From UHGV virus genome UHGV-0387053: a stretch of 23,009 bases of DNA. The stretch is one strand, 5' to 3'. A program made the position numbers and the translations under genes. Each line of letters begins with the position of its first letter. Within the stretch, counting starts at the first letter, position 1. The notes beneath the pieces are model-generated. The model was not told where the DNA came from. It did no database searches and worked only from the letters and a program-made list of their open reading frames with translations. This stretch comes from a virus. Positions 15,720 to 23,009 of the stretch are shown here, piece by piece.

Positions 15720-18466
15720 TGCCTGTTGTTCCTACTACATCCGGACGCCAGGTGCAAAGTCGTGGTGTGCAAACCGGTGGTTTTCAGATCTTCGATGTTC
15801 CTCAAGCAGGTCAGGTGCTGGCGAATGTCGCAGATCAGTATGCGGTGGCATATGGTGAAGCCAGGCAGAAAGCGAATGTTGCTATGGCCCAGGAGGCGTT
15901 ACTGCAATTTAACCAATTTGCAGATGACCAGATTAACAACCCTGAAAGTGGGCTGATTTCTAAACAGGGTAAAAACGCTCTTGGTCAGAGTGACGCTGTT
16001 ATGAAAAATATGCAGGAAAGGGCTCAGGCATTATTAGGCTCAATTCCTGAAAGTGAGGAAAGGAATAAATTATCCTTTCAACTCCAGCAGTCTATGCAGT
16101 CTTATTACAATCAGGCACGTCGATATGAAGTTGGGCAGTTTCAGCAATTCCAAGATCAAACGTATTTGTCAGGAAATGCATTGGCTGTCACTCAGTCTGC
16201 GGGGCTATATAGCGATAACCAAGCATTTGTCGATTTAGCCAAGCAGCGATTTGAATCTATTGATCAATACGCTGATGCGCATGGGCTTCCTGATGAGTGG
16301 CGTGTTCAGCAGAAAACTCAGCTCAAGGAACAAATGGGGCAGCAAGCATGGATAGGAAATATCGCTCAAAAATACAACGAGTTTCTTCAGGTTAATGGAG
16401 AGCCAGGGGATCTTGATGGTGTGAGTCGTGCAATATCACATGGTAATTCATTGGATGCTCGTGGTTTACGTAATAATAACCCTGGTAATATTGAAGCGAG
16501 CAAATCTAACCCGTGGGAAGGTCAGATCGGTAGCGATGGACGTTTTGCAACGTTTGCTACCCCTGAGCATGGAATCCGCGCGTTGGGTAAAAATATGTTG
16601 TCTTACCAGCGTCAAGGCTATGACACCGTTAGCGAGATTGTTAATCGCTATGCTCCGGCTAGTGATGGTAATAATACTGATGCTTATATTAGGGAATTGT
16701 GTGGTGAGCTTGGTGTTGGGGAGAATGATCAGCTTGATATCTCTAACCCAAAGACACTAGCTGCTTTATGTGCTGGGATTATTAAACACGAAAATGGCAG
16801 TATGCCTTATAGCACCGAACAGCTTGAAACTGGTATCTCGGCAGCCCTTGGTCTAACTAACCTTGATTCACCTAAGCGTTATACGGGCAATGCGGCATTT
16901 GATGCTATGAGCCCTCAAATGCAAATACAGGCATTGAGGCAGGCTAATGAGCTGAGAAATCAGTACCGCCAGCAGTATGCGGACCAGCTTAGCACCGTAG
17001 TTAAAGATGCATATTCAGCCCTTGATGAAGGATTGAAACCTGAGAAGTTACCTTCTGAGGACGATTTTATCCGGGCCAATGGTCCGCGCATTGGCGCTAT
17101 GAAGTGGAAGGATATGCAGGCGCAGATACAATATGGAGGTGTCATTGGTGCCGCTAAAGACCTCACTCCAGAAGGACGACAAGACATTCTTGAACGTTTA
17201 CGTCCACAGGATCCAAACGCTCCTGGATTTGCAGCTAACCAGCAACGCTGGGAGAAAATGCAGGCCAAATTTAAAGAGATGGATAGGGAGTGGGAGATTC
17301 AGCAGGGAAGAAACAGGTTCGTGTCTTCAATGCAAAATAACTTCCCGCTGGACCCGAACGACAAAAACAATCAGGCAGCGGTAGACCGTTATTTCGCGCA
17401 GGATATCGCGCCTTCGTTTTCCATATCTGATCCGCAGAGCATCAATACACTGGTCACCGTCACAACTAAAAGCGGCATGATACCAACTCAGGTTAAAACA
17501 ATGCTTAACAGTGGAGCAACATCAAGAGATCCTGCGCTGGTTGTCCCGATGGCAAAATTCTACGGTCAGTTATTCGATAATAATCCGGCGGCAGCGGCAA
17601 CACTTGATAAAAGTACGATGGCATTTTACGGCAAGGTTTACGATTATTCCCGCGCTGGCGTGCCGGAGGATAAGGCTGTTGATATGGCTTACAGCCAGGT
17701 GTTCCAACAGGATGACCGAATGAAACAGATGCTTTCCACTGCCATGCGAGACAAAAAATATGTCGCGGCGAGGGCAACTGCTGCACAAAATAACGCCAGC
17801 AGTCTGACTTCCTTTGGTTCGTGGTCTCCGGATATTACCGATCCAGGAAAATCAAATGCGGCCTATCAGCGAGATTACCAGACAATTTACGATGCTAACT
17901 TTGTACAGACAGGTGGCGATGCAGAACAGGCTGAGAAAATGACCAATGCCATGATCAGAACCACCTGGGGAGTTTCTACGGTTAATGGCAAAGCAGAGGT
18001 TATGAAGTATGCACCTGAGGCATTGTACGGAGTAAATAATGGTGCTGGTAACTGGATACAGGGGCAGTGGGAGCAGGAAAAACGCGAGCTTAAATCAAAA
18101 TCCTTTGGCGGTCCTCGCAGTGATACGGACTTAATACTTGTTTCTGATGGCCTTACGGCAAGGGATAGGAGTTATGCTGTTATGGTTTTACAGCCTGACG
18201 CAAACGGAGCGATAGAACCGAGAAATTATATTGGAGAAAATGGTCTCCCTGTTCGTTTCAAGCCGGATCAGCTGACATCTCCAATGTACAGGCAAACCAT
18301 TCAGTTCCAGCAACAACGTGTTGATGAGGCTAGAGTGCGGAGAGAAGGCAATCCGCTGCCGCAGTTCAGCAATAAAGATGGATATACTCCTCCAGATCTG
18401 ACCAAACCATTCGGTTATGGTTCAGCCAATTACCTTCCGAGCAATATATACGCAGGGGGCAAATAA
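15719..18466 (+). CDS. Large internal virion/ejection protein, gp15-position, with a conserved-looking internal motif region
   Basis: 915 aa, coupled start TGATG. Residues about 240-330 read GLRNNNPGNIEASKSNPWEGQIGSDGRFATFATPEHGIRALGKNMLSYQRQGYDTVSEIVNRYAP, which looks like a compact enzymatic or binding domain; its function is not assigned. Confidence 0.7.
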   Translation: MPVVPTTSGRQVQSRGVQTGGFQIFDVPQAGQVLANVADQYAVAYGEARQKANVAMAQEALLQFNQFADDQINNPESGLISKQGKNALGQSDAVMKNMQERAQALLGSIPESEERNKLSFQLQQSMQSYYNQARRYEVGQFQQFQDQTYLSGNALAVTQSAGLYSDNQAFVDLAKQRFESIDQYADAHGLPDEWRVQQKTQLKEQMGQQAWIGNIAQKYNEFLQVNGEPGDLDGVSRAISHGNSLDARGLRNNNPGNIEASKSNPWEGQIGSDGRFATFATPEHGIRALGKNMLSYQRQGYDTVSEIVNRYAPASDGNNTDAYIRELCGELGVGENDQLDISNPKTLAALCAGIIKHENGSMPYSTEQLETGISAALGLTNLDSPKRYTGNAAFDAMSPQMQIQALRQANELRNQYRQQYADQLSTVVKDAYSALDEGLKPEKLPSEDDFIRANGPRIGAMKWKDMQAQIQYGGVIGAAKDLTPEGRQDILERLRPQDPNAPGFAANQQRWEKMQAKFKEMDREWEIQQGRNRFVSSMQNNFPLDPNDKNNQAAVDRYFAQDIAPSFSISDPQSINTLVTVTTKSGMIPTQVKTMLNSGATSRDPALVVPMAKFYGQLFDNNPAAAATLDKSTMAFYGKVYDYSRAGVPEDKAVDMAYSQVFQQDDRMKQMLSTAMRDKKYVAARATAAQNNASSLTSFGSWSPDITDPGKSNAAYQRDYQTIYDANFVQTGGDAEQAEKMTNAMIRTTWGVSTVNGKAEVMKYAPEALYGVNNGAGNWIQGQWEQEKRELKSKSFGGPRSDTDLILVSDGLTARDRSYAVMVLQPDANGAIEPRNYIGENGLPVRFKPDQLTSPMYRQTIQFQQQRVDEARVRREGNPLPQFSNKDGYTPPDLTKPFGYGSANYLPSNIYAGGK

Positions 18467-21400
18467 TGCCGATATATGAACAGGATCCTAAAGAGTTGCT
18501 TGGCGAGGATATTCAGCAAATAGCAGCACCTGATGACAGTAATTTCTATATGGAAACACCTTCTTTGCTTTCTGCTGTGAACCCATTTACCAGTGATCAA
18601 CGCGTTCAAAGGTCTAGACAAGCAGCATTTCGTATAGATAACACGCTGGGTAGCTTTATTGCCAGTGCTCCTTTCAGTCAGTTTGACAGGGTTGAAGGAT
18701 ATAACCCATTTGATAACGATGCAGCAGATATTAAAGGCTATGAAGATTTTGCAGATTCGTTTATCAACTCCGGTTCGCATGAAGAAACAATGGCAATTAA
18801 ACATCGAATCGATAAGCAAAGAACAGATAGAGAATATCTATCTGAAATGGGTGGTGCTGGTACTATTTCAAGCTTAGCAATGGGAATGATAGACCCGGTT
18901 AATGTGGCTGCAATGTTTATCCCTGTAGGGGCGGTAGCGCGTGGAGGAAGTATTGCTGAGACGGCAGGGCGTTTTGCCCTGGCGAATGCTGCTGGTGGGG
19001 GAGTATCAGAAGCCGCATTACAGGCCACTCAGGAAGCTCGCTCACCGATGGAGAGCGTATCGAACGTTGTTGTTGATGCTCTCGTTGGTGGGATCCTTGG
19101 TGCTGGTGCACAGCTACTTGCTGGACCTAGCGCGCGCGAGGCAGTGGTTAACTCAGTAGGTAATCATTTGCGAGGTATGGATTCTCCTCAAAGCATTGGT
19201 GCAGCTCAGGTTTTCAATACCACACTCGATCAGGAACAGCTCGCTGGACTTGGACTTGCTAACAAAACGTTGAGTGTCACTCCTGCTGGCCGCTTGGCTC
19301 AATCACCATCTCTTGTCTCCCGTCAGATTAACCAGCAGCTTGCCGAAAATAACTATTTCTTCGCCAAAAATGATGAGGGGTTGGCTACGTTTACGGCAGT
19401 CGAGACTAAGATTAAGCAATACGACGCCATGCTTTATAAGCAGATGGAAGCCACTCGTGATGCTTACCAGCAGTACAGCAAATCTGTTAGCGCCCGCGGC
19501 GTGAAGAGGATGAACTTTATTGATTTCAATGAAGCTGTTGGCATGGCTATGCGCCGTGGTGATCAGAGTGATATTCCTGAGGTTTCACAAGCAGCCGCCA
19601 GAATCCGCCCCATTTTCGAGACCACAAAAGCCCGTATGCAGGAACTGGGGATCCTTCCTGAGGATATCGATGTCGTGACGGCGAAAAGTTATCTTCCCCG
19701 CATTTATAAGTTCGATAAGATACTTTCCGACCGCACTGAATTCAGAGGGCGAATTGCCAACTGGATACAAGGGATTAGTGCCAAAGGTGCTGACAAAGCA
19801 GGTCAGCGAATTGAAAGGATAAATTCATTGCTAAAAACTGCAGAGGAATCGGCACCGCGCGCTGATGCTCTCGCTAGTGAAATCGCTGAAGCGGAGAAAT
19901 GGTCTGGTAAAAAAATTCTACTCATGGAAGAACTGGATAAACGAAATAAGCTTATATCTCAGGAGACTGACACACAGGCGCGTCTTACAAGAATAGAAAA
20001 AGAGTTGGCCGAGACTTCATCAGAAAAACTTCAGGCAAGAATGATGAAAGAAAGCTCTGACCTTAAAACACGCCTTGATGATATAGCGCAGGCAAAGAGT
20101 GAGCTTCCTGTCTATCAGCGCCATATGGAGTTGCTGGATAATCCACGGAAATATCGTTCTGAGCTTCGCCGACTGCAAAAACGGGCAAATTCAACCACAA
20201 GGCTGAATGCAAGCCGCGAACGAGCACTGAAGCAGATGGAGCCTCTATCCCGAGAGGAAGCAGAGGACGCTGCTGACGAGATCGTGAATAAAATAATAGG
20301 CGCACCTTCCGGGCTTGTACCAGCCGATATTATCCCAGAGAGACTCGTTGGTCGGGCTGGTTTCACTAAAAGCAGAACGCTGCTTATTCCTGATGAGCGT
20401 ATAGAAGATTTTCTTGAATCAGATGTTAACTACATCATGGAAAGTTATCTCCGGCAGGTGGCACCAGAAATTGAGCTGACTGCGCAGTTTGGCCGTAAAG
20501 ATATGGGGGAGCAAATCCGTCAGGTTAGTGAGGAATATACCCGGCTAATAAAAGAGGCTAAAACACCTAAACGACGTGCAGTTCTTGAGAAGCAACGGGA
20601 GGCTGATATTAGGGATATTACGGCTATGCGTGATCGACTGCTTGGTACTTACGGTGCACCTCAAGATCCACGCAGTTTCTTTGTTCGTGCCGGGCGAGTT
20701 GCTAGGAATATTAACTTCCTCCGTTTGCTTGGTGGAATGACTGTCTCCGCTGCAACTGATCTGATGCGACCGATGATGCAGCATGGCCTGAGAAAATCTC
20801 TCGGACCAATGGTAAGCATGCTTAAAAATATGGACTCAGTGAAAATTGCAACCAGGGATTTGCGAGAAATGGCCGTTGGGCTTGATTATGTCCTGTCTAC
20901 GCGTACAAAGGCTATAGCGGATCTTACTGACCCCTATAGCCGGAGAAGCGCCGCTGAGCGAGGTCTGAACTGGATGACGCAGAAATTCGGTAACTGGACG
21001 CTGATGAATCAGTGGAACAGCGCACTTAAATCATGGTCCGGGATGATAGTGCAGTCGAGGATACTTGACGCGGCTCGCCAAGTTTCTGCTGGTGGCACGC
21101 TCTCCAAAAGTGAAATGCGGAAGATGGCACAGGTCGGCATCAATGAAGATGTTCTGCGCCGAATCGGGGAGCAATTCGGGAAGCACGGAGAGGATATGGA
21201 CGGGCTGTTAACCGGGCATAGTCATCTGTGGGATGACCGTTTCGCTAGAGAGATTTTCCAGTCTGCAGTGCTGAAAGATGTAGACTCAGTGATTGTAACG
21301 CCTGGCGTAGGTGATACACCGCTGTTTTTTAGTAAAGAAGGCTGGAAGATGATCACGCAGTTCAAAACGTTTATCTTCGCACAGCATAACAGGGTGCTAG

Positions 21401-21855
21401 TATCTGGTATCCAGCAGGGCGATGCTGCATTCTATCTTGGTGCGCTTGGCACGATTGCGCTTGGCTCAATGGTCTATATGATGAAACAGAAGTTAAGCGG
21501 TCGCGATATCGACTACAGCTGGAATAACCTTGTGAAAGAGGGGATCGACCGGGGCGGAATGCTTGGCTGGCTCTCTGAGCCGCTGAATACCGTTGAGAAC
21601 ATAAGCGGCGGTAGGTTTGGTCTTGGCGCGATGTTTGGTGCGCCTCCGGTATCAAGGTTTCAGAGTCGTAATGCTATTGGTGCTTTACTTGGTCCTACCT
21701 TTGATCTTGGCGGTGATGCCGCGACGGTTGCGAATGGTGTACTTAACGGAGAATTTGACAGCCAGCAAACCCACGCGGTCCGTAAAATGCTACCTTTTCA
21801 GAACCTGTGGGCGATATCACCGTTACTAAATAAAGTTGAAGAGCAGATGAAATAG
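18466..21855 (+). CDS. Largest internal virion/ejection protein, gp16-position
   Basis: 1129 aa, coupled start TAATG; long helical/coiled-coil regions; last gene of the coupled chain. No lytic transglycosylase motif recognised. Confidence 0.7.
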   Translation: MPIYEQDPKELLGEDIQQIAAPDDSNFYMETPSLLSAVNPFTSDQRVQRSRQAAFRIDNTLGSFIASAPFSQFDRVEGYNPFDNDAADIKGYEDFADSFINSGSHEETMAIKHRIDKQRTDREYLSEMGGAGTISSLAMGMIDPVNVAAMFIPVGAVARGGSIAETAGRFALANAAGGGVSEAALQATQEARSPMESVSNVVVDALVGGILGAGAQLLAGPSAREAVVNSVGNHLRGMDSPQSIGAAQVFNTTLDQEQLAGLGLANKTLSVTPAGRLAQSPSLVSRQINQQLAENNYFFAKNDEGLATFTAVETKIKQYDAMLYKQMEATRDAYQQYSKSVSARGVKRMNFIDFNEAVGMAMRRGDQSDIPEVSQAAARIRPIFETTKARMQELGILPEDIDVVTAKSYLPRIYKFDKILSDRTEFRGRIANWIQGISAKGADKAGQRIERINSLLKTAEESAPRADALASEIAEAEKWSGKKILLMEELDKRNKLISQETDTQARLTRIEKELAETSSEKLQARMMKESSDLKTRLDDIAQAKSELPVYQRHMELLDNPRKYRSELRRLQKRANSTTRLNASRERALKQMEPLSREEAEDAADEIVNKIIGAPSGLVPADIIPERLVGRAGFTKSRTLLIPDERIEDFLESDVNYIMESYLRQVAPEIELTAQFGRKDMGEQIRQVSEEYTRLIKEAKTPKRRAVLEKQREADIRDITAMRDRLLGTYGAPQDPRSFFVRAGRVARNINFLRLLGGMTVSAATDLMRPMMQHGLRKSLGPMVSMLKNMDSVKIATRDLREMAVGLDYVLSTRTKAIADLTDPYSRRSAAERGLNWMTQKFGNWTLMNQWNSALKSWSGMIVQSRILDAARQVSAGGTLSKSEMRKMAQVGINEDVLRRIGEQFGKHGEDMDGLLTGHSHLWDDRFAREIFQSAVLKDVDSVIVTPGVGDTPLFFSKEGWKMITQFKTFIFAQHNRVLVSGIQQGDAAFYLGALGTIALGSMVYMMKQKLSGRDIDYSWNNLVKEGIDRGGMLGWLSEPLNTVENISGGRFGLGAMFGAPPVSRFQSRNAIGALLGPTFDLGGDAATVANGVLNGEFDSQQTHAVRKMLPFQNLWAISPLLNKVEEQMK

Positions 21856-22296
21856 CTATTCACAATTAGTGATGGCGTATGTATCAAATATATTGCCATC
21901 ACTAAATACATACCTATATTCAATCTCTCCGCCAAGGTGAATAAATGCTTTCATTTGCCTGTTGGAGCAAATGCTCGATTTTGAATAATTTCGCATTACA
22001 CTCTTTAATTTATTTTCTAAGGTTACATCACCGTTATAAACTTTTGATAAATAGCTGTTGTTGTAATTAAGATGCGCTACAACTAAAAGTTTGTTTAGTA
22101 TTGCATTTATTGAAACAATAGACATATTATCATTCAATTTTATGGGAAGTGACTTTCCTGCTTCTGATGCAATTTTGTTTGCATGTGCACACATATCCTC
22201 ATTTATTAAATTCTTAAAACATATGTCGTTTGCAAACGAAAAAATTGGTAGGATAAACAAAACGGTAGCTGTAATAGCGTGCATCGGCTTAATCAT
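21856..22296 (-). CDS. AT-rich cargo gene: secreted/periplasmic Cys-containing protein
   Basis: Minus-strand ORF; N-terminus MIKPMHAITATVLFILPIFSFA is signal-peptide-like (an alternative start 12 nt downstream is possible); cysteines spread through the mature part; visibly AT-rich; abuts the gp16-like stop. Confidence 0.6.
   Translation of the reverse strand: MIKPMHAITATVLFILPIFSFANDICFKNLINEDMCAHANKIASEAGKSLPIKLNDNMSIVSINAILNKLLVVAHLNYNNSYLSKVYNGDVTLENKLKSVMRNYSKSSICSNRQMKAFIHLGGEIEYRYVFSDGNIFDTYAITNCE
21866..21905. repeat. 11-bp perfect inverted repeat with 18-nt spacer (TTAGTGATGGC ... GCCATCACTAA)
   Basis: Seen in sequence 11 nt after the gp16-like stop, inside the 3' end of the convergent minus-strand gene. 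Operator-like or hairpin; no U-tract. Confidence 0.4.
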
Positions 22297-22308
22297 TAGG
22301 TGACCTTT

Positions 22309-22758
22309 ATGTTCAAGAAGATGATCAACAGATTAATCGGTGGTAAGGAGGTTAGCAATAAAATTCAACCTCTTATCTTTAAGGATAACTTTTCAGCTTT
22401 TGAGTATGCGTGTAAGTATCTTGACACAAGCCTTTCAGCCAATAAACCAATGCCAGCCATCATCATACCTGGTCCAAGTGGGGAACAGCCAGTTTTGCTA
22501 GATTCTGGAAGACAAAGGGCAATGCTGAAGGTGTGCTCAGCTGATGGTGGATTTTTTGTTATTGCCGATTCATCTTACAGCAAAGGACCAAAGCTGAGGA
22601 TTGGTGATCTTGTTGCTTGGTTGCCTGTGAGTTATGCCGAAGAATTAACGGATAAAATAGAAGATCCTCGCTCCGCTATGGTTGGCTTTATATTGGGAAC
22701 CATTCATCCTGAACTAACATCTACTGGCTGGAAGGGTAAAGAAAGATTTCGCAAGTAG
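22309..22758 (+). CDS. Hypothetical cytoplasmic protein, divergent from the secreted-protein gene
   Basis: ATG 22309 after AGGTGA; 149 aa; AT-rich 5' part, more GC-rich 3' part; stop TAG 22756-22758 is followed directly by the palindrome and a terminator. Confidence 0.55.
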   Translation: MFKKMINRLIGGKEVSNKIQPLIFKDNFSAFEYACKYLDTSLSANKPMPAIIIPGPSGEQPVLLDSGRQRAMLKVCSADGGFFVIADSSYSKGPKLRIGDLVAWLPVSYAEELTDKIEDPRSAMVGFILGTIHPELTSTGWKGKERFRK

Positions 22759-22759
22759 C

Positions 22760-22771
22760 GTGACATGTCAC
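22760..22771. promoter_or_regulatory. 12-bp perfect palindrome GTGACATGTCAC (copy 2)
   Basis: Identical to the 2738-2749 copy; again starts within 2 nt of a stop codon and precedes a hairpin/T-tract. Confidence 0.5.
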
Positions 22772-22796
22772 AGGCCGCTTTCGCGGCCTTGTTTTT
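22772..22796 (+). terminator. Intrinsic terminator (AGGCCGC-tttc-GCGGCCT followed by TGTTTTT)
   Basis: 7-bp GC-rich stem, 4-nt loop and T-tract, seen in sequence immediately after the 22309-22758 gene. Confidence 0.7.
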
Positions 22797-22956
22797 AACG
22801 AATGCCACCGCCACCCGGGCGGGAATCCGCAGAACGCCCACCGCAGCGGGAGCCGTCAGCAGCAGTGTCGCTGTCGTGCTGACAACGACCGGCAAAGGCC
22901 TGAGTTGAAGCTACCAGAGACAACAAAACGAACAGTGCAGCAAATGCTTTTTTCAT
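22795..22956 (-). CDS. Possible small secreted peptide (about 53 aa), GC-rich; low confidence
   Basis: Minus-strand ATG at 22956 giving MKKAFAALFVLLSLVASTQAFAG (signal-peptide-like) then a Gly/Arg/Ser/Asp-rich tail with two Cys. Weak RBS; could be non-coding. Confidence 0.3.
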   Translation of the reverse strand: MKKAFAALFVLLSLVASTQAFAGRCQHDSDTAADGSRCGGRSADSRPGGGGIR

Positions 22957-23009
22957 TGTGAAATTTCCATCTATAAGCCACCTCAATGTGGCGTCAATGA
23001 GTGTAGCAC

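Noticed and set aside
1-23009. CRISPR array, integrase or attachment-site repeats
   Set aside because: No regularly spaced direct repeats, no integrase-like ORF and no duplicated tRNA 3' segment were seen in this window.
22960-23009. Short hairpin GCCAC-ctcaat-GTGGC at the window end
   Set aside because: Only a 5-bp stem, truncated by the window edge; insufficient to interpret.

Overview
The window reads as a prophage-like mosaic. All homology statements come from reading the translations and recalling families from memory; no searches were run. Layout: (1) 1-2750, small plus-strand accessory genes typical of lambdoid phages (nuclease-like fragment, coiled-coil protein, secreted protein, DUF551-like, ASCH-like, RHH/zinc-ribbon protein). 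(2) 2750-4922, a leader region with a hairpin/T-tract and direct repeats, then terminase small and large subunits. (3) 4923-6500, an AT-rich insertion on the minus strand encoding a two-helix membrane/coiled-coil protein, followed by a minus-strand terminator, a phage-borne tRNA-Arg(UCU) and about 425 bp of non-coding DNA. (4) 6503-21855, a translationally coupled virion module in T7-like gene order: gp7.3-like, portal, scaffold, capsid, internal terminator, tubular proteins A and B, and four internal-virion/ejection-like proteins of 154, 191, 915 and 1129 aa. (5) 21856-23009, where a T7-like tail-fibre gene would be expected, there is instead AT-rich cargo: a minus-strand secreted Cys-containing protein and a divergent plus-strand protein, then a palindrome, a terminator and a GC-rich small ORF. 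The best candidates for an undescribed system are the two AT-rich cargo loci (4926-5774 and 21856-22758) and the 12-bp perfect palindrome GTGACATGTCAC, which occurs twice and brackets the packaging and virion module. No CRISPR array, integrase, att site or rRNA was seen.
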